From: an uncultured Planctomycetota bacterium
GTDB lineage: Bacteria > Planctomycetota > Planctomycetia > Isosphaerales > Isosphaeraceae
Length of the DNA stretch: 64,000 nucleotides
Direction: 5' to 3'
Assembly (NCBI GenBank): GCA_963845755.1
Contig: CAWJTV010000013.1
Coordinates: 160,001-224,000 of the forward strand
Shown here: positions 48,902 through 59,587 of the stretch, in pieces
Layout of the letters: each line of letters opens with the position of its first letter
Position numbering within the stretch: the stretch's first letter is position 1
Program-made: the position numbers and the translations under genes
The notes under the pieces: generated by a model
What the model saw: the letters and a program-made list of their open reading frames with translations, nothing else
Database searches by the model: none
What the model was told of the DNA's origin: nothing

Positions 48902-49797
48902 GCGCGGAATTGCGCGGAATTGGTGTCAGCGCGGAATTGGTGTCAGTGTGCGCCGTGAAAAGGTTTCGGATTTCCAGGGGTAACCATGCCCCCCGGCAAC
49001 TGGGTCGCTCCAGCCGGAAGCTATCGGAGCGGCGGTGGAGGTAACGAAACCGTCGGAGCCTTCGAGACAACGGGCCACAAGGTGGTCCGGCGATCAGGCA
49101 GGCCGTAACGCGAGTGAACGTTGAGCAGGCCTCGAAACATTTAATGTGGGCGCCGACCCGGCACTGACACGGGGAAGGCTGACATCGCTGACGATCAAGG
49201 CGAGGCTGGAATACGCCGGACCACGAGCGAACCGTCCCAGCGAGCCCGCCGGGGTAATGACGACGGCATGCCTGGATGGGGAAACCGAAGCAACACGGGA
49301 AACCCGCGCGGTGAGTCGCGTGGACTCAACCGGACGCCCGTGAGGGACAGGCCGGGCCGCCTGGGGTGGCGGAGAGCCTCGTAGTACCGTGGACGCCGGG
49401 TAACTCCGGTCGAGGGAAGGGGACTCAGTTCAAGGCCCGTGTCGGAAGGGGCCGACAGCCGGGAGATTGGCGCAAGCCTGCAAACTCCACCCACGGCTGG
49501 GACGTTCCGGAAGGCATGACATCTCATCGGCTCACCAGCCTACGTGGGTCGGTGAATGGGGCGCCTTGTCCGAGAGCCGGGTGCGGGAAATCCGCCTGCC
49601 CGGTTCGATGAGCGGGGTGTGGAAACGGGGCATGGTCGAGATGGTGGGACACCCGCAGACGAAAGGGCGGGCTAACAGGGGAAAACAAACTTCGACCTAA
49701 ACTACCGCGCCACACCTCGACTCTACTCATTTTTCCGCCGGAAAAATGAACTGACACCAGACACGACCGGAAAAATGAACTGACACCAGACACGACC
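48902..49797. repeat. Palindromic repeat cluster interrupted by the intron
   Basis: Left: stuttered GCGCGGAATT(GGTGTCA) three times. Right: GGAAAAATGAACTGACACCAGACACGACC twice. Confidence 0.85.
48948..49726 (+). ncRNA. ORF-less group II intron (779 nt)
   Basis: 5' end GTGCG; DIII-like GTAGTACCG...GGGAAGG; DV GAGCCGGGTGCGGGAAATCCGCCTGCCCGGTTC (49574-49606) with AGC triad; DVI with bulged A49720; 3' end CTCTAC; EBS1 at 49163-49170 matches the 5' exon. Confidence 0.93.
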
Positions 49798-49988
49798 AAA
49801 AGACTGATCGCCCCGAGCGGCGGCCGACGCGCCGACGGAGGGTCGGTGACGATCCGGCACCACCAGCCGGGCTCGGTTAGAGCCCCTCACCAATCCCAGG
49901 GGCGCGCTTCACACTTTTCGCGCGCAGAAGCGGAGCGATCGCGCCCGGAATTGTGGATCGCCCCGATCGCCGGCGTTCCGAGGGAGGT

Positions 49989-50501
49989 TCAGCGATTCGC
50001 CAGCTCCTTCCACGCCCACAGGCACGCCAGGAAGAAGCGTTTCTCATCGGAAGACGCCAGTTCCGTGAAGGACCGGACTCGACGCTCGACCAGATTGATC
50101 AGCAGGAGCACGTTCGACCGCTTGAATCGGTCCGTCAGGTCGTAGTCGGCGACGTGTCGTCGCTCCTGGAGTTCGACGAAGGTCTCCGCCAGTTCGCGGA
50201 TCTCCGCGGGGATCGCGAAGCTCCCCGGCAGTCCCTTCGCGACGCCTTTCTTGAGCGTCCCTCCGCCGAACGACTTGCAAGCCTCCTTCATGGCTCCGTG
50301 GACAAAGGCCCGCCCCAGGACCTGCCGGTACGGGGCCTGGTTGTGGTGCGACCCGATCTGGATGCGACAGGCCTCATCCACGAGCATATGGAAGAGGGCG
50401 TAATACGCCGAGGAGATCGCACGACGTAGGTTGGCCTGCTTCGGTTTCTTGGCATCGAGCTTCGCCAGCCGGACCGCTTGTTCCAGAAGGTCCTTGTACA
50501 C
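49989..50501 (-). CDS. HEPN-domain protein
   Basis: LRRAISSAYYALFH and LQERRHVADY. Confidence 0.85.
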   Translation of the reverse strand: MYKDLLEQAVRLAKLDAKKPKQANLRRAISSAYYALFHMLVDEACRIQIGSHHNQAPYRQVLGRAFVHGAMKEACKSFGGGTLKKGVAKGLPGSFAIPAEIRELAETFVELQERRHVADYDLTDRFKRSNVLLLINLVERRVRSFTELASSDEKRFFLACLWAWKELANR

Positions 50502-50504
50502 GGC

Positions 50505-50816
50505 TCATTCCTCGTCGTCGTCCTCTTCGAGCTCGCTCGGCTTCGCGAACCCGATGTAAGCCCACCGCTCAACGTCCAGCTCACGGATGCGGCTGCGAAT
50601 GGCGTTCACCAGATCGGAGAGGTCTTGACCACTCACGTTCTCGACGTCCACATCCTCGTCGATGACGATCGTCACCCGCAGCGCATCCTCCCCGTCCGAG
50701 TCGACGTAGTCCTCGACGCGGATGTTGACGACCTTGGGATTCCGCGGCAGCTTCGATTTCACCTTGCCGAGCTTCAAGGCGTCCTGGACCTTCTGGATCA
50801 TCTGATCGACCGCCAT
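50505..50816 (-). CDS. Small acidic protein upstream of HEPN, putative antitoxin
   Basis: AGGAGG RBS; EDYVDSDGEDALRVTIVI...WAYIGF; directly adjacent to the HEPN gene. Confidence 0.65.
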   Translation of the reverse strand: MAVDQMIQKVQDALKLGKVKSKLPRNPKVVNIRVEDYVDSDGEDALRVTIVIDEDVDVENVSGQDLSDLVNAIRSRIRELDVERWAYIGFAKPSELEEDDDEE

Positions 50817-51009
50817 GGTGTCACCTCCTGGGAAAGCCGGGCTGCTGGGAACGCGACCGGTTCTCCCCACAGCCATCCTACCAGATTCCTGGCCCCGCTC
50901 GCTCGTTGGGTGTCGCCGGGGGTATCCGTCTTCATGTCGCCTGACACCTCCCACACGCCCTCTCAGGGGCCCCGATCTCTCGTTCGACTCACGCGCTCAC
51001 CCCGGCGGG

Positions 51010-51114
51010 GCAGGCCAACGGGGACGGAGCTGAGCAGGCCAACGGGGACGGAGCTGAGCAGGCCAACGGGGACGGGGCAGGCCAACGGGGACGGGAGCAG
51101 GCCAACGGGGACGG
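51010..51114. repeat. Five copies of GCAGGCCAACGGGGACGG
   Basis: Copies at 51010, 51034, 51058, 51077 and 51097 with 1-6 nt linkers. Confidence 0.92.
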
Positions 51115-51119
51115 AGGTG

Positions 51120-51696
51120 AATGGCATTAAGGTCACTAAACCGAAGGGGCATCAGGTCTTGAGATGACAGGGGCTTCCGCGCACCATGGTATTTTTCCCC
51201 GGCACCCTGGCACAGGAGGCCCCCGCGATGCATCGACGGATTTCTACCCTCCTTCACCGGCTCCGGCAAGACCTCGCCGCCACCCTCGGCACCGACTTCA
51301 TTCTCGCCGCCTGTCTGGCCGCCGGCCACACGTGGAGCGACGCCGCTCTCTTGACCCCGCCGGCCATCATCCACTGGTTCCTCATCCAGATCCTCCACGG
51401 CAACACCTCCTTGACCCATGTCTCCCTCCTGGCCGGCCGGGCCTTCAGCGACGCCGCCTTCTGCATGGCCCGCGCCCGGCTCCCGCTGGCCGTCTTTCAG
51501 GCCGTCCTTCGCCACATGGTCCGGGCCGTGATACCGGACACCGAGGCCATCGGCCGCTGGCGCGGCCATCGTACCTTCCTGGTCGACGGCTCGTCCTTCT
51601 CCATGCCCGACACCCCGGTCTTGCAAGACCACTTCGGTCAGCCCGGCAATCAGGCCAAGGGGTGTGGCTTCCCGGCGGCCCACCGGCTGGCGCTGG
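51120..51696 (+). mobile_element. IS4-family element, left end plus truncated transposase (CDS from 51228)
   Basis: AATGGCATTAAG end-like sequence; AFCMARARLP and WRGHRTFLVDGSSFSMPDTP..FGQP..Q..GCGFP. Similarity stops at ~51696. Confidence 0.85.
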
Positions 51697-52138
51697 GGGG
51701 AAGTAATGGGGACATCGCTAAATCACCCTGCGGGTTAGGCAATCTGGAAAGGCGTTCGTCTCTCCCGACGGAGCGACCCCCGCCCCCGATCGACTCTACG
51801 ATCACCGTCAGCACTGATACAGTGGGCGCGGAAATGAAGAAAGTTGTATCCGGCAGGCCGAGTCTGCCTGGGATCCGGCGAGGCTCTGCCCCGGCCCGCC
51901 GGATACAACTTTCTTCATTTCTCGTCCTAGCTGCGTCCCCGTTTCTCGTCCCCAACGGTACATCTCATCCGACCTTCGGGCACCTTCTCCCGGGGGGAGA
52001 CCGTGGGAACGAGGGACGGATTCGAGTCACGGTGTGAACCATGTCGGGTGCTCTGTGAGCACCGGCACGGCCACGGCCTGCGCCTCGGTGCTCGCAGAGT
52101 ACCCTACGAACCGCCTTCCAGGCTTCTTGTACACCCTT

Positions 52139-53269
52139 TCAATTCTTCGTCCGCGCGTTGGCCAGGGCGAGCAGGGCGAAGGAGGTCACGATGTGGGGGT
52201 CTCCCTCCATGAAGCGGTCATCCGGGTTGGCCCAACTGCCGTTGGCATTCTGCCGCTTGGCCAGGGCGGCGACGAGCTCGGTTCGCCAGGTGTGCTCGGT
52301 GCCCTGGGCATCCACGAGCGTGGGTTTCCCCAGGAGGGCCATCGCCTTGGCGAACGTCTGGTAGTAGTAATAGAGCCCGCGCTGACCCTGGCCGGGGTTC
52401 TCGTCCAGCGTGTAGTTCTTCCTGATGTATTCGATGGCCGCCTTCACGCGCGGATCGTCCTGGGTGAGCCCCGCGTAGATCATGCTCTTGAGTCCCGCGT
52501 AGGTCATCCCGGCGTAGGAGCGGAGGCCGCTATCGCCCTGTTTCTTGGCCGTTTTGCCGCGTCCGCCCTCACTTCCGGCGGACGGGTTGTAGACGAAGCC
52601 TCCGTCGTTGACCTTCCCGGCCCGCGGCAGGTCGTTGAACTCGCTCTGGAGATTCTGGCACCGCGAGACGAAGATCAGCGCCTTCTGGAGCGCGGGGTCA
52701 TCGGGAGGCAGGCCGGTGTCGCGTAGGGCCTCCACGAAAAACGACGTGTTGGAGAGGTCCGGCCGGCTGTTACCGCCGCCGTAGCCCAGCCCGCCATAAC
52801 TGGGATCATCCCGCCCCTTGCCTTCGCCCTCGTCGAACTGGGTCGACTTGAGGAAATCCTGGGAGCCCTTGATGATTCGATCGTAACGCCCGCCGCGATT
52901 GGCCTCATGGAAGGCCATGAGGGCGACCGAGGTCGTGTAGACGGAGTGCGGCGCCTCCGATAGCCCGCCCTTCGGGCCGATGTACCGCTCGAGGAAGGCC
53001 AGGCCCTTGGTGATGGCCGGGTCGTCGGGTGCAACTTGTCCGGTCCGGAGCATCGCCGTCACCACCAGCGCCGTGATCCCCGGTTCCCGGTCGCCCGACC
53101 AGTTCCCATCGCTCCCCTGGCGAGACCTGAGGAAGGCGACCGCCTTGCCCGCCATCGCGGCGGCATCCGGCGCTTCACGAGCAGCGGCCGGCCACGTTGC
53201 CAGTCCGATCAGGCCCGCGCCCTGAATGCCTCGGGCCAGAAACGTCCGTCGCGAATAGATCCTCGTCAT
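52139..53269 (-). CDS. Tat-exported prenyltransferase/squalene-cyclase repeat protein
   Basis: SRRTFLAR Tat motif; QW-like repeats (FLRSRQGSDGNW, LAKRQNANGSW); DGGFVY. Confidence 0.85.
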   Translation of the reverse strand: MTRIYSRRTFLARGIQGAGLIGLATWPAAAREAPDAAAMAGKAVAFLRSRQGSDGNWSGDREPGITALVVTAMLRTGQVAPDDPAITKGLAFLERYIGPKGGLSEAPHSVYTTSVALMAFHEANRGGRYDRIIKGSQDFLKSTQFDEGEGKGRDDPSYGGLGYGGGNSRPDLSNTSFFVEALRDTGLPPDDPALQKALIFVSRCQNLQSEFNDLPRAGKVNDGGFVYNPSAGSEGGRGKTAKKQGDSGLRSYAGMTYAGLKSMIYAGLTQDDPRVKAAIEYIRKNYTLDENPGQGQRGLYYYYQTFAKAMALLGKPTLVDAQGTEHTWRTELVAALAKRQNANGSWANPDDRFMEGDPHIVTSFALLALANARTKN

Positions 53270-53581
53270 CCGTCAAGCTCCTCGATCGATGAACATGGTC
53301 GTTGTGCGCACGTTGACCGCGGTATCCGGGCCTCCAGCACGCAATTGCCGCGCCGGCGTCAAGGGGATGCACAAGTCTCAGCGAGGTAACGGGTTGAACG
53401 ATTCCTGCCCATGAACGCCCTGGGCTCCTGGCGGAACTTTCACCGGCGCTGGACAAATCCTGGCCGGGGATTTCTGATCGAGAAAGAACCGGTGAGTTTC
53501 AGCCTGCGCGACTCCGCTCTCGGATCGTCCGCAAGAATCTCGTCAAACTGGCCGGTATCCCCCGATCGGTTGTGGCTCGGT

Positions 53582-54382
53582 TCAATGCCATGGCACCGGC
53601 GGCGCCAGGTGGGACGCCAGGATATGGCCCAGAATCTGCTCGCCCCGGATGTTCGCATGGATCGGGTCGCGTTTGAACTCGTCGAGCGGCTTGCCGGAGT
53701 CGCGAATGTAGCGCCCCCAGGCGCCCGTCATATCGAGGAAGCCGATTTTCTCCTCGGTCGCCAGCCGTTTCAGCCGCGAGCGGTAATCCGTCCCCTTCGG
53801 GTCGATGTCGGGCCGCCATTGCGCATCGTCGCGCGGATCCATCGTGCCGAACGCACCGGTCATCAAGAGGATGTCGCACTTACGCGACTTGCGCACTGCG
53901 CGGATCACCTCACGGATCGAGTCGATGTCGTCCTTGTGACTGATGCCACCGATGATCAGCAGGTCCGGGTTGAGGTCCAGCACGTACCGCTTCAACCTTG
54001 ACGGCTCCTTGAACCACCAGCATCCGGTCCCACCGCGCACGCAAGTCGTCCGTTCGATCCGACACTTCGGATAGGTCTTGCGCAGCAGGTCGTCCCATCG
54101 CGAACGGCTGGTGTCGTTGACGATGCTGTCGCCGAGCATCACGATCCGCAGGGTTCCTTCGCCGTGGCCCAGCACTGCGGCCGTGATCGGCAGATTCGCC
54201 CAGCGATCCTCGGGGGGCCGATACGTGACCGGCGACATTCCGGCGTAGGCCTTCGCGATCTCCTCCAGCGTGTGCTCGGGATCTCTCAGGACGTAGACCT
54301 CGTTCTCATCCGGCCCGGCGGGCGCCGAACTGACGAGGATCAGCCCGGTGATGGCCCCGATAAGCGTGTGAATGCGACGCAT
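53582..54382 (-). CDS. Secreted SGNH/GDSL hydrolase
   Basis: Signal peptide; IVMLGDSI; RDPIHAN. Confidence 0.85.
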   Translation of the reverse strand: MRRIHTLIGAITGLILVSSAPAGPDENEVYVLRDPEHTLEEIAKAYAGMSPVTYRPPEDRWANLPITAAVLGHGEGTLRIVMLGDSIVNDTSRSRWDDLLRKTYPKCRIERTTCVRGGTGCWWFKEPSRLKRYVLDLNPDLLIIGGISHKDDIDSIREVIRAVRKSRKCDILLMTGAFGTMDPRDDAQWRPDIDPKGTDYRSRLKRLATEEKIGFLDMTGAWGRYIRDSGKPLDEFKRDPIHANIRGEQILGHILASHLAPPVPWH

Positions 54383-54413
54383 GACGCGTTCTCCCGCTCC
54401 CGATCTGTCTCGA

Positions 54414-55665
54414 TTAATGAGACGCCGCCTGCAAGATGGGCGCGGACCGCCTGGCGATGGCGACCGGTAACGCCTTTAGCCCGTGCAGGATCAGACCTGG
54501 CCGCCATGCCAGCGACTTGACCGGGACCGCCGGACGGATATCGTGAATCCGACGCAACAGGGTGTTGATGGCGATCTGGCCCTCGAGTCGGGCCAACGGC
54601 GCCCCCAGGCAATAATGCATGCCCAACCCGAAGGCGACGTGCCGGTTCGGCTCGCGGGCCAGGTCGAGCTTATCCGGTTCGTCGAACTGGCGATCATCCC
54701 GGTTGGCGGACGCCAGCACGGCAAAGACCATCTCACCGCGCGGGATCGTGACGCCTGCCATCGGCACGTCTTCGCGCGCAAACCGCTCGGTGGCCGTCAA
54801 GAGCGGTCCGTCGTAGCGGAGCAGTTCCTCGACGGCCGACTTGATGAGGTTCGGATCGTTCCGCAATTGCTCCATCGACTCGGGATGTTCCATCAGGGCG
54901 AGCATCCCATTACCGATCAGGTTCACAGTCGTCTCATGTCCGGCGATGAGCAAGAGCACGATCATCGCCGCCAGCTCGTCCTCGCTCAACTGGTCGCCGG
55001 CCTCGTGCGCCTCCACCAGGGCGCTGATCAGGTCATCCCGGGGATTCGCGCCGGGACTGGATGAGTTTGCGAACGTAGCTCATGAACGCCCACAAGGCCG
55101 GGATCGCCTTGAACAGCTCCCAGGTCGTGTTGATCTTCGACACGAGAGTATTGGACCAGCGCTGGAACCGATGCCGGTCCTTGACCGGCACGCCGAGCAT
55201 CTCCGCGATGATCGTCGTGGGCAACGGCTGGGCATAATCGCGGATCACGTCCATCCGGCCTCGAGGTTCCACGGCATCGATCAGCTCGTCGGTCAGCTCC
55301 TGGATGCGCCCGCGGAGGTCCTCGATCAGTCGCGGCGTGAACGCCTTGTGCACCAGGCCCCTCAACCGGGTGTGATCGGGCGGGTCGAGGTCGAGCATGT
55401 TGCGCTCGAGCGGCCGGACGAATTTCGGGACCCAGGGTTGCCGGGCCGCCTGTTCGGAGGACACGACGCTCCACCGGTTCTTGACAAACCGGTCGTCTTT
55501 CAGCATCGCCGTGACATCGTCGTGGCGCGTCACAAGCCAGGCGGACTGCTTGCCGGCCAGCGGCACGCGATGGACCGGGGCCTCCGCGCGGAGGCGGGCG
55601 TAATACGGATACGGATTGGCCTTGAACGCCGGACTGGCGATGTCCACAGTTTCGATGCGGCTCAT
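54414..55665 (-). CDS. Cytochrome P450 (CYP107-like), indel at ~55045
   Basis: DPPDHTRLR, AGHETT, EELLR and FGLGMHYCLG. Confidence 0.95.
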
Positions 55666-55804
55666 GAAAGATCACCGGAATCGGGGTTGGCTCGTTCACC
55701 AAACGCTTGCTCCATTATAAAATGAGAGGAGTTCTTCCGCGCCGGGTCTGATCCTTTCGAAATCCCGCGCTCCGGAGGCCGATCGAGAACGAGGAGGTCC
55801 CAAG

Positions 55805-56077
55805 ATGCCGCGCTGGAGCGACTCAAACGATTCCGACGACGATCCGGGGATCGTGTATGATCCGGAGGACATCGATTGGCCGAATGACGAGGACGAGGAT
55901 CCCACGTTCCCCTGCCCGTACTGTCATCGCGAGATCCTCGAAGAGGCAGAACGGTGTCCTTATTGCGAGAGCTATATCTCGAAGGAAGATGCGCCGGCGG
56001 CACGCAAACCCTGGTGGATCGTCCTCGGGGTCATCGTGTGCCTCTATGTCGTCTACCGATGGAATGTCTGGTGGTGA
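55805..56077 (+). CDS. Small zinc-ribbon membrane protein
   Basis: Acidic N-terminus, CPYC...CPYC, C-terminal TM; GAGGAGG RBS. Confidence 0.75.
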   Translation: MPRWSDSNDSDDDPGIVYDPEDIDWPNDEDEDPTFPCPYCHREILEEAERCPYCESYISKEDAPAARKPWWIVLGVIVCLYVVYRWNVWW

Positions 56078-56595
56078 ATCCTTCGGAAGGCTCAAGGAAG
56101 AAGGCTGAGTCAGCAACCGAGAAAGGATGACGGCTGCTTACGAACCGTGCCAGCCTTGATTCGCCATTTCCCCTGGCGCCGCGAATACCCCACCCCGCTA
56201 AACCACAGGCCGAAAAATTTTTGGGATTTTTTATCCCCCGCTGGGACAGAGAGTTGGGGCGACTTTCGGCCGAAATCCGCGCTAGGTGCATTAACGTTTT
56301 CCCAAGGTTGCGGCATCCTGAGAGTATGGCCCACGTGCAATCACTCCCGAGACCGATGCCCGGACCGCGCCTCCCGATTCGCTTTGGCGTCGCAACCGGC
56401 TTTCTGCAAAAGAGATCGGGGATGGCGGCATTGGAAAAAGATGTCCCATTGTGCCACTTCGTGGCACGCCCATCGGCCGCTGATGTCCCGGAGGGGGCCT
56501 GCGGTCCCAGAGCACAGGCCGCGTGCCACCCAAGCGTGAGGCGCTCTATCAGCCCCCAACTCGCCCTCGCATAGGAAGGGAGAATCGAGGTGATC

Positions 56596-57111
56596 ATGCT
56601 TCCGACGCTGGTTGAACAATACAGGCGATGGTTCGAATATGAGAAGGACAGCCATCGCCAGGTCCTGGCTTCGCTGGAAAGTGTACCGGAGGAAGGGCGA
56701 GGCTCGGAGCCGTTCCAGAAGGCCCAGAGCCTCATGGGCCACATCATCGCAGCGCGGCGGATGTGGCTGCATCGCTTCGAGCCGTCGTCGTTCGAACGGC
56801 CCGCGGAGCTGTTCCCGACGAGTGCCACCCGAGAGAGCCTCGAGGCCGGCCTCGCGACGATGGAGCGCGACTGGTCGGCCTATTTCGGGCGCCTTAATGA
56901 ACATGAATTGGCGCGAGCCTTCGATTACGTGACGTCCGAAGGAACGAACTTCCGGAGCGTCGTGGTGGACGTCCTGACCCAGGTCTACGGCCATTCGTTG
57001 TACCATCGCGGTCAGATCGCCTCGCTCGTCCGCGCGGCCGGAGGTGAGCCGGCACGGACGGACTTCATCTTCTGGACCCGCGAATCGATCGCGCCGCCGA
57101 GTTCCTCGTAG
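56596..57111 (+). CDS. DinB/YfiT family protein
   Basis: MGHIIAARRMWL and HSLYHRGQI. Confidence 0.9.
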   Translation: MLPTLVEQYRRWFEYEKDSHRQVLASLESVPEEGRGSEPFQKAQSLMGHIIAARRMWLHRFEPSSFERPAELFPTSATRESLEAGLATMERDWSAYFGRLNEHELARAFDYVTSEGTNFRSVVVDVLTQVYGHSLYHRGQIASLVRAAGGEPARTDFIFWTRESIAPPSSS

Positions 57112-57136
57112 GCGCTGTCCGTTGGTCTTCATGGCG

Positions 57137-59457
57137 TCATCGCCCCCCTTGACGTGAGAGCTCGGCCACAACCATCGCATGAACGTCGAGCCGGGGGACC
57201 ACGACGCTCGGCCCGCGCGGCGTGGTTTCGACCTTCAGATCGCGTCCATCCGGCTCGAGGTGTACCCGGCCCAGGGGATAGCCCGTCGCGAACGTGATCC
57301 GGATGTCGTGGATCGGTACGACCTCCTCGCGGAGCGGCACGTCCTCGTCGGGCCGCGCGTGGAACGCGGTGGTATTCAGGTCGCTGTAGAGGTGGACGAT
57401 GAGCCGCTCCGAGCCGACTTGCGATTGGCGCATCAGGGTCGAATGCACGCACATGGGTGCCTCGACAACCATCGGCGCGGGGCCGGGGGCTACCCAGTCG
57501 ATCGCATTGGCGATCAATAGGCGCTGATAGGGATATGCATAAAGATAATAAGCGGCGTCGAATCCACCGGCGAAGTAGACCACCCGGCCACGACCGAACG
57601 TGTGGGCGACCACGCCGGGGAATTCCCGATCGTCGGCGCCCTCACCCGATTTCACTCGGAGCGTGCCGACGATCCGGGCCGCCGGGCTCGTCGTCACGAC
57701 CCGCACGGCTGGCCCCTTGAAGGTGACACGGGTATTGCCCACGTAGGTCGGCATCCGGCCTCGGTTGAGGAACGAGCCGACGTCCTGCTGGAAGTCGAAG
57801 ACGTCCTTGCGCTTCTCCCAGTAGTCGGGTCCGATGGACTTCGCGAAGTTCTCGTCGAGTGGCTCCCGCTCGGCCGAAGTGGTGATCGTCCCGCGATGCT
57901 CGACGCCGAAGACGCGTGCCAGCGTGAAGTTCGGGCGCGGGTTGCCGTACTCGTCGAACAATGAGGCATCGAGGCTGGCCACCAGGCCCCCGCCGCGCTC
58001 GACGAATTGCGCGATCGCGGCGGCCTGGGCATCGTCGAGGCAGGCCGTGTTGGCCAGGATGAGGACCTTGTACGGGGCGAGGTCCGCGGCGTTCAGGTTC
58101 CAGTCGTTGATCACGGTTAACGGCTGGTGATCCTCGACCGCGGCGCGGAAGGTGCCGAGGACGTTCGCCATGTAGCGCTCTTCGACTCGTCCCGCGTCTC
58201 GGCCGTAGAAGTTGCGGGTGTTGTCGCTCATGACTAGCGCCGCGTAGGGCTCGGGCTTCTTGTGCGTGAGCCAGGGCTTGCGCCGCTGGACCTCGTCGAG
58301 GCAGGCGTAGAGCTCGGCTTGAAGGTGGGGCGGCTGGCCCACGGCGATACTCGGCGCGCCGCGCCATAGGTTAGCGTCAGCAGCATCCGGCGGAGGATCT
58401 CCTGCGGCGGGAAACTATCCTTGCCGTAGGGATTGCCGTGGCTGAGGATGTAGGGCTCGCTGAAGGCCGTGCGATGGTTGGTGCACGCCCAGATATACGC
58501 GTTGGCGAACGCCGGGAGAATCGTGGTGCCGCGATTGGTCTCGTCGAGCCAGAACTCCTGATCGGGGGCGTCGAGCAGGAGGTTCATCCGCGCGGGCATG
58601 TTGCGCGGGATCGAGAGGAAATGGCCGAACCGGCCGGCGTTGGTCGTCCAGGTGACGAGCGCGACATCGGGCTTGATCCGCTTCAGTCGCTCCTGCATCC
58701 GGCGGACCAGGTCTTCCATCCGACGGTCGGCCCAGTGCTGATAGCGGCGGAACGCGGGATCGTTCATGTCGGTCCTGGGGATCTCGGCGCCGGCGGCCTC
58801 GTGGTAACTGGCCCGGCAGTGCTGGCAGTAGCAAACTCCGCCGTAATGCAGCCCGTCGAAGCTGAAGGCGTTGACCGCGGGATACTTCGTGAGAATCTCC
58901 GCCAGGACGTCGATGAAAAAATCGCCATACGGGCCGAGCAGACAGAGCATCCCGCCGTGCGGATATTTCTTCATGTCGGTCTGGGGGATCTCGGTCGTAT
59001 CCGATGCGATCCGCCGCCAGTCGGGATGGTTCTCATAAACCTCGCCCTGAAGGCACGGTGGATACACGCCCAGGATGCGGACGCCCAGCTTCCGGTATTC
59101 GGCGATATCCCTCTCGACCCGGCCGAGCGGGACATGCGGACTGCGCTTCTTGAGAAGCTTGCTATCATAATAGGGGTAGAATGGGTTGACGAAACCCAGC
59201 TCGCTGATCGTCACGCCGTGCGCGGCGGCCGCGGTCCGTGCCTTCGTGTCCATCCCCGAGAGGGTGTAGCCGCAACCGATCGTCTCTTGCACCCAGGCCG
59301 GGACTCGCACCTGACGAAACGGCCCCGCGTCGAACGGCTGACTCATGATGGCCTCGCCCCAGATCGCCGGCTCGTCACCTCGGGTGAGACCCGGCGACGC
59401 CAGGACCATCACGAGCCAGGCCATCGCCGTCGATGTGGGGTGCAGGGGTCGTCTCAT
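57137..59457 (-). CDS. Secreted glycoside-hydrolase-like protein (TIM barrel plus GH42-type trimerisation/GATase-like domain), indel at ~58360
   Basis: Signal peptide; HPDW, FSFDG...CYCQHC; YKVLILANTACL...FVERGGGLVAS; GRGRVVYF. Confidence 0.75.
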
Positions 59458-59587
59458 GGTTGGGACCTCCGGGCAGAAACGGAAATGCGGCTCAGCAGGG
59501 ACTTTTTCCAGAATCGTGTATCAATTTACCCGGATCGCCCCTTTAGTAAGAGGTGGAGATGACTCTCTGACCTCCTGAGTGTGCTTT

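Noticed and set aside
49146..49799. Short ORFs in the intron region as genes
   Set aside because: They overlap conserved ribozyme domains and have no reverse transcriptase motifs.
51010..51114. CRISPR array
   Set aside because: Linkers are only 1-6 nt and not unique spacers, and there are no cas genes in the window.
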